A DNA stretch of 64,000 nucleotides, taken from contig OZ287694.1 in assembly GCA_965649825.1 (NCBI GenBank), positions 1,363,197 to 1,427,196 on the forward strand. The letters run 5' to 3'. This document shows, piece by piece, positions 1 to 14,516 of this stretch; the first letter of the stretch is position 1, and every line of letters begins with the position of its first letter. Made by a program: the position numbers and the translations under genes. The DNA comes from Penicillus capitatus. Taxonomy: Eukaryota > Plantae > Chlorophyta. The notes below the pieces were generated by a model. That model did no database searches. It was not told where the DNA came from and was given only the letters and a program-made list of their open reading frames with translations.

Positions 1-255
1 AGTAAGACACCATGTCACCAAATTCGACGACGCTCACGCCGATGCGTCGATAGAATTCGAGATGCCTTTTCATGCGCGGTATATCGAGCAGTGCTCCTTC
101 GAGTCGTGGCAGGGCGCGACCAAAGGTATCGCGGTACCATTGAACGACATCCGGCGGCGCTGGAAGCTGTTGAATGCATTCATCGCTGGAGACAATGCGT
201 GAGGACAGCCAACGACATCCCGCGGCCCTTCGATGAAAAACGCGCATGATCGATC

Positions 256-1398
256 ATGCGCCGCGCATTCCGGCCGGGTTTTCTGCGTCGTGCCTGCTCG
301 ACGAAAGAACTCGTTCTCGTAGATCAAACGCCGATCGCGGCGGCCCATGTCTCGGAATCGAATGCTTGGCGCTACTTAAGGGGACTCGGATTGACGGAGA
401 ACCACTGTGCGGCACTGGAGAATCGCTTTCCTCTTCTCCGACGCGTGTCTTTTCGCCAACCTCTCAGCGCAAAGATCGCCTTTCTTTCCGATAAGGGCAT
501 GAATCGACGCGGCATGCGGCGTTTCTTCGCCAACGTGCTACAGATCTACCCTGAATTTCTCGATCTCGATGTCGAAACCGACATGCAACCCGTCTTCTCT
601 TATCTCTCCACTCTGGGCCTCACAGATGAAGAAATCCTTGTCATGACGATCCAGTACCCGCATCTCATGGGCTACGGTGTCGAAGAGGTCTTCCGTAAGA
701 AGGTCGATTTTCTCAGGGAGACGCTCGTCGATGATCCACAAGACATTGCCCAGATGATCTTCTCCTTTCCACAGTACTTTGGCGTCAGTCTCGAGAACAA
801 TATCTGTCCCGTCGTGACGTACTTCATGGAAGAGATCGATCTGGATAAGGCGGCTTTGCGAAAGGTGTTTTCGAAATGCCCTCAGATCTTTGGCCTGCGT
901 CTCGATGCGACGCGTGCGAAACTGGATTTTCTGATCGAAATGGGTTTCGATCTGTTTACCATTCGGGCGCTGATCAAACGCTTTCCCGCTTTCCTCAGAG
1001 CATCGTTGAGGCATCATATCCATCCGACGCTCTGCATTCTGCTCGAATACGGAACGCGGTACATCGTCCGGAAAATTTTCTACAAGTGCCCGCAATGTCT
1101 CTGCCTGTCCTATGACGAAGAGATTCTTCCCAAGTTTCGTTTCTTCGTCGAAATGGGATACGATAATTACGATCTCAAAGTCCTGCTGGAGCAGTTTCCT
1201 GAAGTTCTGTGCTATTCGTTGGAGGACGAGATTATGCCGACGGTTGAGAAATCGTTGGACATCGGAGTGCCCTTCGTGGAAACGCGCATTACATTCGCCC
1301 GACATCCAGAGCTTTTCCGTCAGTCCATTGCGAAAGTGACAGACGACATCGATAACGAAAAAGACAAGAGATACGAACCCAAACGGCTCACTATATGA
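256..1398 (+). CDS. mTERF family protein (organellar transcription termination factor-like)
   Basis: 380-aa ORF with tandem ~35-aa repeats typical of mTERF (YPHLMGYGVE, FPQYFGVSLENNICPVVTYF, CPQIFGLRL, FPEVLCYSLEDEIMP). The true start may lie upstream. Confidence 0.85.
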   Translation: MRRAFRPGFLRRACSTKELVLVDQTPIAAAHVSESNAWRYLRGLGLTENHCAALENRFPLLRRVSFRQPLSAKIAFLSDKGMNRRGMRRFFANVLQIYPEFLDLDVETDMQPVFSYLSTLGLTDEEILVMTIQYPHLMGYGVEEVFRKKVDFLRETLVDDPQDIAQMIFSFPQYFGVSLENNICPVVTYFMEEIDLDKAALRKVFSKCPQIFGLRLDATRAKLDFLIEMGFDLFTIRALIKRFPAFLRASLRHHIHPTLCILLEYGTRYIVRKIFYKCPQCLCLSYDEEILPKFRFFVEMGYDNYDLKVLLEQFPEVLCYSLEDEIMPTVEKSLDIGVPFVETRITFARHPELFRQSIAKVTDDIDNEKDKRYEPKRLTI

Positions 1399-1565
1399 GA
1401 TAACGCCCATGACGTTGTGGACCTATTCTCTGAGAGATGGATCACTTACGACAGACCTTCCTCTTTGTTCAGAAGATTCAACTCTTCCTCCAGTGCCTTC
1501 ACCTGACGTGCATTCCTCTCACGCAACAGAATCTTCTGAACCAGATCATCTAGAGACGCACGGAT

Positions 1566-2636
1566 CTATCCGGCGCCGATGCGATCGTACGGGAGATCCA
1601 CACCTTCGGGATAGCTCGATGGATCATCGTCTTCCAGCATGATGTTGATCAGCGTCTGTCTCCGGCGCTTCACTTGTCGACTCATCTCTTTCAATTCCTC
1701 AAGCGTTCCGCTGAGCAAGAGAGATTCGAAGACGTCTTTGTCGTAAGGCGGCTTCATTTGAGACAGTTCCAAACCGACGGACACCACGGGCATCGCGCCA
1801 TGTCCTATCTATCACCATATCAGCATCCATCAAGGGATTGGGTGTGAGCGTGTGCGAACAGACTTCGTATTGAACGACTTCATCACGGCTGAGAGGATGC
1901 ATGTCGGTTCGACTTCCTGATCCCACCGAGTCCTGAGGCGTTATGCGCCCCTTTGTCTTTGTGTGACGTCGCATCGCTGGAGCCGGGCGCTTCTTCGACC
2001 GTCCCTTCGTTCGCACCAGTCGCCGATGGGGGTCTCTTCGATTGGGACGCGATGTTGACCCTTCGCTGTAGCTAACCCCAGCTGTCACATCAACGCAAAC
2101 GCCGGGAGGCACCCCTACCTGTCCTCCTCCTCCTCCCCATCGACATCGTCGTCCTTATGATAATCTTCGTCACCCTCCGTGTCCGTCTCGTTCTCTGTTT
2201 CGTACGGCGCTTTGCGCGTCGCTCCGACCATCGTGAGGGCCTCTCTCAATGATCCTCGCATTTCCGTCTCGCCTCTGCACGAACATACCCTCTTGTCACT
2301 CACTGTACGACACGAGTAGGACTGTGCTCCCCACTTCGATGACCGCACTTCTGGGTCGCTCAACACCTTCTCCAGCAGTTCCTACGTTGTTGGTGCGTCG
2401 GTCGCTCGACGAGGCGCAAGCGGCGGCGTCTTACGACGTAAGTCGACTCAGAAATATTGAGGTGTTTGCGTAGCTCTCCTAGGAGCTTTTGCTTCGACTG
2501 CACGACACATGTGACGGAGACAATAGCCTCGTGGTCTTGTGGACAGTACCCAGTCGAGTTTCACAACGGACAGCGCTTTGAGCACAGCTTCGAACGCTTC
2601 GCGTTGGTTTCGGCGGAACTCGGCATCCTTCGGCAT
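1566..2636 (-). CDS. ENT (EMSY N-terminal) domain protein
   Basis: Hand-spliced model with 4 GT-AG introns of 47-55 nt gives MPKDAEFRRNQREAFEAVLKALSVVKLDW|SKQKLLGELRKHLNISESTYV|ELLEKVLSDPEVR, which follows the ENT pattern (EAY..VL+A...W.KE.LL.ELR..L..S....ELL). It continues into an acidic stretch and ends ...LPYDRIGAG*. Confidence 0.7.
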
Positions 2637-2685
2637 CGTGTCGTATGTCCGTACGTGCGTTCGTTCGTTCGGTCGCGCGTTGACG

Positions 2686-3330
2686 ATGGACATCACACCG
2701 CCGCGACTCTTCCCCATGTGCATCGTCTGGGTGCCGATTCCTCTTATCACTTGGCTCCTGCCGTTTGTCGGCCATCTTGGCATTGGTCGCGCCGACGGAA
2801 CGATTCTCGATTTCCTGGGGCCCTATCACGTTCAGGTCGGCAACTTCGGCTTCGGTCATCCTGTGCGTTACTGGAAGTTGGATCCGAATCAGAGCGGCGC
2901 CTATCGACCCAGTGACGACAAGACTGTGGAGGAGTGGTGGGATGATGAGCTCGAGCATAGTGCGATGTTTTTTCGGACGCTGTTCTACAATTTCTGTGGC
3001 ACGAATTGTCACTCCTTTGCGGCATTCTTTCTTAACCAAATCGATTATCGCAGCTCCATGCAATGGAACTCCGTGCTGCTCGCGTGTATTCTGTTTTTCA
3101 GAGGGCGCTATGTGAGTACCGCTGCTGTTTTGAAGGCATGGGTGCCGTTTGTTGTATTGATGTCTGTGTGTCTGTACCTTGGCCGGATGTTTGTCTTTGT
3201 CTATTTGGCAATCGCTGTTTCGGTGGTGGTCTACTTTGCTTTGTACGAATATGTGTTTCGAGCACAATGGCGATTGCTCAATCGACATCGATACCTTCGA
3301 TCAGATCGATTGGATCAACCGACACTTTGA
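2686..3330 (+). CDS. TMEM222: TMEM222 / RTE1-like membrane protein
   Basis: Motifs FPMCIVWVPIPLITWLLPFVGHLGI, DFLGPY, FGHPVRYW and YNFCGTNCHSF, plus C-terminal transmembrane helices. Intronless. Confidence 0.9.
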   Translation: MDITPPRLFPMCIVWVPIPLITWLLPFVGHLGIGRADGTILDFLGPYHVQVGNFGFGHPVRYWKLDPNQSGAYRPSDDKTVEEWWDDELEHSAMFFRTLFYNFCGTNCHSFAAFFLNQIDYRSSMQWNSVLLACILFFRGRYVSTAAVLKAWVPFVVLMSVCLYLGRMFVFVYLAIAVSVVVYFALYEYVFRAQWRLLNRHRYLRSDRLDQPTL

Positions 3331-3370
3331 GAAGTGTGTGAGATGCACACATGATGCGACCCTTTGCGAA

Positions 3371-6265
3371 TTATAAAAGCAAAAAGAGTTTTCGGAATTG
3401 TTTCTTGCATTTTTCGAGACCTGCCACTCTCTTGCGAAGCTTGCCGCACTTTTCTTCGAGATCATTCACGGCGCCCGACACTGCATGACCATGCCGACAT
3501 ACCTGTCGTACAAAAGAGATATCTTACCAAAGAAGAGTTCTAAGAATTCGGTATCGGAACGCGAGAAAATATCGATGGAAGTATCGATAGTTGTGTTTTC
3601 GTGTATTGGGTCGAGAAAAGCCGAACGCAGTGTTGTCGGGACGACGCGTTCGATGAGCGTCTGACGGATGCGATGGAATATGATCTCGGCGTAGAAACAG
3701 ATCTCCTCATGCGATGCGCCATCGGCCGCGTGGCTATCAAACAACGAACTTGCGGCGTTCCCTACAGCATCATCGTCCGTCTCTGACATTTGCTCCAGTT
3801 GGTTTTACGGTTGATTGAGTAGTATCTGTTGCCCGTGTGTCGTGACGATTGTGCTGATCGCGGTAGCTTTGCCTGTAGAACACCGATAGGAATGCACGGA
3901 TGAGAATGGTCACTTCGAAAGGCGTACTTCGTCTTGGCGGCGATCGTCATCGAGAAATGTCGAAGATCGTCGATCGATCGTCGGCGATCGCGGATCGTAA
4001 TGAGGATCCGTCACAAGGACAGCAAATTCGCTCGTAGCAGCAAAAATGTGATGTCGCACAAGCGATTTCGCTTGATTCTCGAGCCGATGGACGAATTTGT
4101 GATAGGCGTTCTTCAGTGTCGCATGAAAAGTGACGTATGGCCGAATCGATTCGGCAACAGGTTCTACAATCAGCTCCGATAGACGTCGATTTTTGGAGAA
4201 AAGGGAAGACCTGTAGCGCGAATGCGTTCGACGGCAAGATCGAACAATCGACGCACAATCGATGCCAATCGCACGCAGACGGTATCGATCAAAAGACCAA
4301 GGCAATCGCGTGCCGTCGATCGTGCGATTTTTTCCGCCGTCTGACCTCCTCCGCCCAATCGCCATCGACCACGATGGGCTAATAGTACGTTATTTAGCTT
4401 TGCATGCGCCACTGAAGGGAAACTCAATGCATTGGCGGCGTTCTGAAACTCCTCCAAACAGCGTTCGAAGGCAGCGCCTCCGTAGAGACGCAGCTCCCCA
4501 TGCTGTACCCTCACTTCTTCATCAATACCGGGCCACTAAGACACCATGCACGTCCCATCGCCGTGACGCAACGTCTCCGCTACGAATCACCTGTACAAGT
4601 CCTAACTCGTCGAGCTCTTCTCCTGTCGTTTTTCCAAATTGTTCCGGATCCGGGTCGGATGCGCCATCTAACAGGAGGACAATATTCGTTGCCACACTAG
4701 CGGCATAACGCAAGGCTAAAACAGTAAAAAGAGTAATTTCTCTATCCTCTACCGCTCAGAATCATTACCGTTTTTTCTCAGTTCGCCGACGTTTTGCATG
4801 GACGCCAATTTCGACTGCGCTTCGTCGAGATCTGCGCGAGCGACGTCGCATCGTTCGTTGAGAATCGCAAGCATCGATGGCGCAGCGTCTTTGTAGCGTT
4901 GCGCGAGTTCCTCTTCGAGAAATCTACATCAACATCGCGCTGAAAGAAAATTTGCCTGTCTCTTCCGACGGACTTTTTGAGATTTCCGAATCCAATTCGA
5001 CTGCCATATCGCTGTTCATCGAATCCTCCTTCGACTTTCGTCTTAAGAAATTGCACGACGGCATCATCGACCTCTTGAATACTCTTCCTCCAGTCCGCGC
5101 TTGTCGAGATTTGTCGATCCTAGAGATGATCGGACGATATGTGAGTAGTTCGATCGCGTCACTCTTAGAATGTCACACTTTTGGCAATACAACAAAAAAC
5201 GGCCTGAGTTGCGGCGGAAGGTAGCCAGATGCACTGAGGTACTTATCGACTTCCCGTTTTTGCCGAAACTCTTTCAGACGGTTATCGAATTTGCTGCAAA
5301 CAAACGTCTACGACGTCAACAGCGTTAAGATGGCCTGCGCCAATCTCATGCGGACGATGACCGTTCTTTGTAGATCCGGATCGACCTCCCGGACCACATG
5401 CATCCAAAGAGAACTCGCCCATTCGACACTGCTCTGCTGCAGGAAGAGAATCAGCCTAATGAAAATGCGCATCCTTTGGTTAGTGGACACCGAATTCTGT
5501 GCACCTGTTTGGCGGCGTCGTGTGTTCCTTGACCATCTGCAGAATCTCCAACGGCGTTGTATCGGACTCCTCGGAATTCGCCTATCGATCGATCGCCATC
5601 GACAAGATCCGAATGGAGAACGGTTCACACTTGAAGGATGAGACCGGGTGTGTCGATGATGGTTAGATTCGGACAGAATGCGTATCTACAGGAGCGATCT
5701 TCTCGCGTACGTTTTCCATCGACGCCGTCTGGCATTACTCCGTTCGCATCACGATGGGCTTCGCCGATACCGAAACGTTTCCGATCTGACGGAGATGCTC
5801 TTCTGTGCGCTTGTGAATCGCGTATGCGATCGCCGTCTCCGGCACAATCGGCGGACCGTAGTCGTCATCGTCTTCGTTCTGCAATCGACATCTCGGCTCC
5901 GATCGCGACGGTTCGTGGATCATTTGAACGATCAAAGGGCGCCGCGTTCCGATTTCAACTTCCCGGACATTGAACCGAAACTGCACGCGGCGTTTCGATA
6001 TCACTCTGCCGACACTTGACGGATCGTGCTGTCTTACGCCGAGAAGAGCCTCCAACAAACTCGATTTTCCATCTGACTGCCCGCCGATGGCCACGATCTC
6101 GGGAATGGGCAGATCCTCACCAAACGCCACAGCCGCTGCCTGTAAACGACTAACGACAGCACCCTCTCGTCTTAGACCATGTCATCGACGACGCCCTCAC
6201 CTAAACGCTTCGTAACGCGCGCGGGATGCCGCGTTGTCGAAAAGATCGTCTTCCGCTTTCGTCAT
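3371..6265 (-). CDS. DRP5A: Dynamin-related protein 5A-like GTPase
   Basis: Spliced start MTKAEDDLFDNAASRARYEAFS|RLQAAAVAFGEDLPIPEIVAIGGQSDGKSSLLEALLG|FRFNVREVEIGTRRPLIVQMIH matches plant DRP5A. Multi-exon; the 3' end (...KQFRKLFLLL*) is approximate. Confidence 0.85.
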
Positions 6266-6456
6266 AACTTCGACGAGCATCTGACGCGTTTTCGAAACGA
6301 TACGCGTGCCTCGTCGTTCACGCCGCCGCCCTCGTACGTCATCCAAAGAACACACGATCCAAGCATCCTTGCAGCGTCAAGCATTCATGGATTGCTTTAC
6401 ATACATGTGCGTCACACGAAGTTCGCGAAAGAATAAGACTGCACTCGAGAACATGA

Positions 6457-7646
6457 TCATTTTGATGATGATGTGGCCGGGAGCTCCCAGTCGACGGCGG
6501 CGGTCGTCAGCAGCTCGTCCTTGATCGTCGGTTCGTAGCTGATGATCCCCAGACCGTCTGACCAGTGAAAGCTCAGCAGCGTCGCCGGCATCAACTGTGT
6601 TCGTTTGACTGTGCCTTTCACACCCAGCCTCTCCCTTGATGGCAGAAACACCTCGAATGGTCGACTGGCATCGCGCAGCTGATCTGCGATCCATTCGTGA
6701 ATACGGACGATGCTCTCGGCAGCATCGAACTCCCCTTGGAGCAGAACCCCTTCAGGCAAACGCACGCGCACGATGGCGTAGGTATGTTGCGCGGTTGATC
6801 CTCTGTTGAGTTGCTCTCTTTGTTCTCTCGTCATGAACGTCTGATCTTTCTCGCGTTTCCGAGCCATCGTGAAATACTCTGCCTTCAACTCTGCACTCGT
6901 GCGTTCGAAAAACCACTCGGGGAGGACGACCTCCGTCGGCTTCAGAAGCAACACCTGTGTGCGTCGCTCCCGATGCGGCACGTCATCGGATGGCGGATTG
7001 GGCAGCGCTTCGTTGGATGTCTCATTCGCAGATGGCACAGTGGGTTCCGGGAAATGAACCGCGAGGACCTGCAGTCCGTGTCGCGGCATCTCCATGTCTC
7101 GCGTTCCTTTGTATACCAGTTGGCCATCGGTCGACACGAATCCGCAAAGACACACAAATTCCATGGCGCCCGGAATGCGCACGAGGCCTTCTTGAACTTT
7201 CGCATTGGACAGATTGAGCGTCTGATACTTCTTTTCTCGTGGACTCATGATCAAATTTCGTAAGATTCGGCGAATGAGGGTCAGGGCTGGAGAACTGTCC
7301 TCCTCGTTCGATAGGAGCACCGAAACCTGCACTTCAAATTCGGCATCATCCGCCTTGGGCTTCTCCGGAATTTCTTGGCAGAACTGTAGGGGTGCGTTTT
7401 TGCGATCCGTTTCGAGTTTTTTGAGGTGCTCTGTTAACGACACCTTCGGCGGCGATGACTTTTTCGCTCTCTTGGCCTCGAGCTTGTCAATCAGTGAATT
7501 GCCGCCCGACCCATTACCCTACAGCGCAACGTTGGTCGAAGCACCGCAGCAGCGTCGCGCACCGAATCTGCTCCTTCACCGCCGCCGCCGCCGCCGCCGA
7601 GGACGTGCCCCTTTCCTGCAAACTTCTTTCTGAAAACATTCTTCAT
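6457..7646 (-). CDS. PUX2: PUB + UBX domain protein (PUX2/UBXN6-like, CDC48 adaptor)
   Basis: N-terminus KKFAGKGHVLGG, PUB domain (LRNLIMSPREKKYQTLNLSN) and UBX domain (AIVRVRLPEGVLLQGEF). One 44-nt intron after the first exon. Confidence 0.85.
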
Positions 7647-7690
7647 AATGAAACGAAATGGCGCAGCCGTGCCTCGCGAAATTTGGGTAT

Positions 7691-9262
<1,572 letters not shown>

Positions 9263-9316
9263 AAACGCCTTGCGTCGTGGTGTATCCGTTTTGTCGAAAG
9301 CGTAGAAGGGACGCCG

Positions 9317-9845
9317 TCAATCGCGCACCTCCTTGTTTTCTTGGTCGTACGGAGGACGGTCTCTTTTCATCTGTGACGCCACGGGGGGTCGCGAGAGCTC
9401 ACATGCGCCTCGGAATGGGAGATTTCCGGATGCTTTTTGCTCGTTTGGTCGCCATACGCGGTGTGTCGTGCCCCTTAAGTAGAGAGTGTGAAATGTGATC
9501 GCGTTCAATGCCGAGGGCGAACGTACAAACACTCATTGTCGTCGGGTTTCGCCATCGATGAACATCGTTCGACATGAACTCCGTGTGGTGTTTGCAAACG
9601 GCGCCAGCGTGAAAGTGGCGACGGTGGCACAGCAACGCCAGCCTTCCTTTCCTTCGCTCGTAGGACCGTATACGTTCGTACAGTCGCCACCTCTGACAAA
9701 CTTCTCCTCTCACTAGGATCCAACGCATCATCCTTACTGGACGGGAAAACGCAAATCGGTGGCAGACAAGGGCCAAGCTGCTAAGTTTTTCGCGAGATTT
9801 CGAGGCGGTGTCAAGAAGGAGGCGCCCTCTAAGGATACCGATCAT
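9317..9845 (-). CDS. Hypothetical small protein
   Basis: ATG-initiated ORF with plausible ~45-60 nt GT-AG introns filling the gap between PP4R2 and GCN5. No recognisable motif. Confidence 0.3.
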
Positions 9846-9857
9846 ACATGAACATTC

Positions 9858-10451
9858 TCACTCTTTTGTCTCTGGAATATGAGGAGAGAGTGTCTCTTGT
9901 GCGGCAATGAAATGTGTGACTAAACTTGGTGGATCTCTTGAGGTTGAGCCATTCATGGATGTTGTTTTCTTGCCTTCCAGAAATCCTCGAAACGCTCCGG
10001 ACGATACCATGCGACGCATTGCAATGCTCGGCGGATTGGCATTGACGTCGGCAAGGGAATCGAGTGTCGGAAGCGGCGGCGGATTGTCCGTTAGCGGCAG
10101 CGCCGTCGTCACTGACAGGAGTCTCTCCAAGGCCGACGTCACCTTCTCCAAACGACTGTACTGCTTCTTCGGTTCCAGAAGCACCTCCGCCAGACGCTGG
10201 ATGGTCAGGGGCGGCTCCGAGAAGGACTGAAGTTGTGCATGGAGTCGTCCATGGACAATGGGATCGTCGTTTGCGGCGTAGTTACGCAGACAATGGTCGA
10301 GTTGAGTACAGAAGAGCGGGCAGAGGAGCTTCCAGGGATAGCGGAGTACACCCGTGGTGGCGATCTCGACGAGGACGCCGCGAAGAGAATCGGACCAAGA
10401 GGCATCGGGCTGAAGATAGGCTTCGACTTCCGTCTGCGTGGCAACGTGCAT
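9858..10451 (-). CDS. PPP4R2: Protein phosphatase 4 regulatory subunit 2
   Basis: Motifs GVLRYPWKLL and PPLTIQRLAEVLLEPKKQYSRLEKVTSALERLLSV (PPP4R2 family signature PPFTIQRLCELL). Confidence 0.85.
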   Translation of the reverse strand: MHVATQTEVEAYLQPDASWSDSLRGVLVEIATTGVLRYPWKLLCPLFCTQLDHCLRNYAANDDPIVHGRLHAQLQSFSEPPLTIQRLAEVLLEPKKQYSRLEKVTSALERLLSVTTALPLTDNPPPLPTLDSLADVNANPPSIAMRRMVSSGAFRGFLEGKKTTSMNGSTSRDPPSLVTHFIAAQETLSPHIPETKE

Positions 10452-10673
10452 GGCTGTGGGTGTCGTGGTGAGATGACAGAGTGTGTGTGTTCGTGCGGTT
10501 CGCGATTGTCTCGCATCGCGGTGTCGCTTGCGCGGTGCCCTGCGCACGATGTTCTTCGTACGTTCTTTTTGTCGACGTAAGCACCATCACAACCTTCACG
10601 TCACGATCTTTTGATTTTTGGCATCCTCGAAGAAAACTCGGCTAGGACGAACGAACCAACACTTCTGAGAAGG

Positions 10674-13600
10674 ATGGATGGCTCTTCGCCTCCCCAACGC
10701 AAAAACGAAGAGAAGTTACACGTCGTCCGTCTATCAGAGGGCGTTGCTCTTTCCGTCCCTCCACTTTACGACGCCCTTTCCGAAGTGACGGAGTGGCCAC
10801 GCTTTGAGGATCTTGCCGTCGACGAAGCGCTCTTGACCGGAGCCATCACGACCGTCACGATGGCCCAGTTGCGGTTCGCTGTGGCACATCACCAACGCGG
10901 ACAGCACTGGTCCTGTTATCCCACTTCCTTTCAGGCACGACCAACGCGTTCCTTGTTGGAGTGCGTCCAGGGTCCCAACGAGACACCCCTGATGCCAGCC
11001 GTTCGCAAAAGGGCTTTCACGGCCGACGCCTCGACGCGACGCAAGAAACGCATTGCCCTAGAACCCGCCGCCGAATCGGACGACGCCTCCGAAAAATCGT
11101 CAAAACAAGGACGCTATCGATTAAATAAGGTACTGGCGGAATGGGAGACCATGGACTTTTTCAAAGCGACACCGAAACAGTGGAAAGCGATCCGGTGGGC
11201 AGCGGAGAGTCATCCAGGAATTCGAGCCAAGTTAGAAGAAGTGGCCGTAAAAAAGAACTGGGCAGTCATGATCAAAAAGGAACTCCCACGCGCCATTAAA
11301 CTGCGTCAGACCATTACCAAACGACAGCTCCAAGATGCCAAGCGCATGGCAGATCTCTGTCGACGCGAAGTGCGGAACGATGCGGCGAAGAACGAGAGAG
11401 AATCGCAGAAAGCGACTCAGGGGATCAAGAAATTGGTGAGGGAGATGCTGACGTTCTATAAACGAAAAGACAGACAGAATGCCGATCTGAAGAAACAGGC
11501 TGAGAAAGCAGCAGCCGAGCAGCAGAAACGCGAAGAGGAAGAGAGGGAAAAGAAAAGACAGACACAACGCCTGAACTTCCTCCTGAGTCAGACGGAGCTC
11601 TATTCCCACTTCATGTCCAAGAAACTGGGTCTGTCTTCTGAACCAGCTGCCCCTTCTGCCGAAGGTGAACGCGTGATGTCACTTGAATGCTATTGAATTA
11701 TGGATGAGGGGTATGTTTGTGCAGATCGAGAGATGTGGATGGAGGCGAAGTGTCGGGCAGAGACGGCGGCGCAGGCCACTCTCGACAAAGCTCAACAGTT
11801 TGATGCAATGTACACACGTTCAGAGACGATCGATGCCACCGAACTGACATCCGACAGTTTGATGCATCCCTCTTCGATGCCGATCAGCTCTTCTGTTCAG
11901 CAGCCTCGGAATTTCAAAGGGGCGCTCAAGTGCTATCAGCTGAAGGGACTCCAATGGCTGGTCAACCTCTACGAGCAAGGATTGAATGGCATCTTGGCCG
12001 ATGAGATGGGCCTTGGTAAGACGATTCAGGCGATTGCCTTCATGGGTCATCTAGCCGAAGAAAAATCCATCTGGGGACCCTATCTCATTATCGCCCCGGC
12101 CTCGACGCTGCACAACTGGGACAATGAACTCACACAGTTCTATCCAGATCTCAAGGTCTTGCCCTACTGGGGACACTGTTCCGATCGCAGAATCCTGAGA
12201 CAATGCTTCAATCCACGCAAGCTCTATTCCTACAACGCTCTCTTCCATGTCGCGGTCACCTCTTATCAAATCCTCGTCCAAGATGAAGCTTATCTAAAAC
12301 GTGTCAAGTGGCAGTACCTCATTCTGGATGAAGCACAAGTCTGTTGTTCTCATTGACTTCTCTTCACTTGATGTGACGTTCAATACTTAAGGCAATCAAG
12401 AGCAGCACCTCGGTGAGATGGAAGACGTTGCTCTCGTTTAGCTGTCGCAACAGAATTCTGTTGACCGGAACGCCGATTCAGGTGTGTCCATCCCGTTGAT
12501 GTGACAGACGATACTGATAAATGCATCATGCAGAATAATCTGGCCGAGCTGTGGGCGTTGCTGCATTTCATCATGCCGACGCTATTTGATAACATGGATC
12601 AGTTTAGCGAGTGGTTTTCCAAGGATCTCGAAAATTTTGCCGAGGGAAGTCAAGAACTCAACAAAGAGCAGCTGAAACGTCTGCATTCCATTTTATCGCC
12701 TTTCATGCTGCGCCGTGTCAAGTCCGATGTCGCCAGTCGGCCAATCGATTCGACACGCGTATGTATCATCTCACTGGATGGACTGTAGGTGAACTGGTGT
12801 CCAAGATCGAACGGGTCGTCTACTGTGACCTGTCGAGACGTCAAAAGGAACTCTACCATGCCATCCAAGAAAACCTCAATCTGTCGGATCTCTTTGATTC
12901 AGACGACAAAAAAGTGGTCAATCTCATGAACCTCGTCGTCCAGCTTCGAAAAGTGAGGGCCACATGGGGAATGTGTGAGAGGAGGGCATCGTCGCGCGTA
13001 GGTCTGCAATCACCCTGAACTGTTTGAGGAACAGAAAGAGAAATTGCCTTTTCACTCTGCCAAGATCTTGCCGTCTTCGGCCAACGGAAACGACGTGCGG
13101 TTCGTCGGGCAAATGTCCTGTCTGCATAACGAAATGCCTTCTTGCGTCTGGTCTGAACCCCTCCGCGGCACATCCTCATGTCTCTCAGGTCACTCTTTTT
13201 TCTTCTCACTGTCGATTTCGAAAAGAGTGAGATGTCAGGAGCTGAAAAGAGTGATTACTATGACAAATGGCTCAACTTACGGTTCAACATCTTTGAGCCG
13301 CTCAATGTGTGGTGGGGTCATCGTGAGAACGCGCATAGTGTTGCATCAGTCTTGCATCTGGGTCAATGCACGGCCATGGATGCCATGTCGATGCAACGTG
13401 CTTCTTTTCTTGAAAACTGGCTGGTTCTGCAAAACGAGGGGCGTTCCGTGCCTCTCTTGGTACGGGATCTTAACGCCGATAGTCTTCTTGGCGGAAGAGA
13501 TTTGATTCAAACCTGGCCAGAACGCCTCTACGGATCGATGCATCTGCTCAAATCTGTGCGCAAAGGATTTGTGCCAGCGGTCCGCGCACCGCCCTTCTGT

Positions 13601-14516
13601 CTGTACGACATCCTAGAGCCACGTTGGATGCGACATCTGCTGTTTGGCACCAATGCCAATGCAGCGACAGAGGACAAAAGACTCTCACTCTTCTGGCCAT
13701 GGTTTCGTTGTTTTGGCGCAGCTCCTCAATCGCAGATGTACGCCTTGGCCAAAAGTCTCATCGATTCTGGCAAGATGCTGAAATTGGATGAACTGCTCAA
13801 GCAGCTGAAGGCAGGCGGTCATCGCGTCCTGCTCTTTTCCCAGATGACGATGATGATGAACATTTTAGAAGATTACCTCAGTTTCCGACGATATAGGTAT
13901 CAACAACTGCATCAATGACCTGTCGATATCAACGGTGTGCAGGTATCTGCGTTTGGATGGGCAGTCAATGATCTCTGATCGCCGAGACATGGTACACCAC
14001 TTTCAGACGAATCCAGATATCTTTGTCTTTCTCCTTTCCACGCGTGCTGGAGGTCTGGGCATCAATTTAACTGCAGCCGATACCGTAATCTTCTACGAAT
14101 CCGATTGGAATCCGACAATGGATTTGCAAGCGATGGATCGAGCGCATCGTCTCGGCCAGACGAAAGATGTGACTGTCTATCGTTTCGTCTGTCGTGAGAC
14201 GATCGAAGAGAACATCATCCGTCGCGCCCGGGAGAAAGAGACCGTGCAGCAGCTGGTGATGACGGGACAGATGATGAAAGATGCCACCGATGTGTTCGCT
14301 CCGGAAGATGTCGTGTCCATTCTGTTGAGCAATAAAGATCAGCAGCAGATGACACAGCAGAGAAGGACAGGACTGTTTAAGCGATGGCCAATGGACAAGA
14401 AAAAGACCAAAATTCTGATGAAGGGCGAGAGCATCGAGATTTCGCATGACAACGATGGAGAGAAACGTAAGGCGGACGCCACGTCGCAACAGAACAAGAA
14501 AAAACGTCGGCGCTGA
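10674..14516 (+). CDS. INO80: INO80 chromatin-remodelling ATPase
   Basis: DBINO region ([19 protein letters not shown]), SNF2 motifs [19 protein letters not shown]|AIKS and LLTGTPIQ|NNLAELW, and helicase-C [30 protein letters not shown]. Confidence 0.95.

Noticed and set aside
12369-12377. TGATGTGAC as a simple branch-point or snoRNA C-box
   Set aside because: It occurs in both orientations relative to transcription, at variable distance from AG, and sometimes forms the donor. The introns are too short to host C/D snoRNAs.
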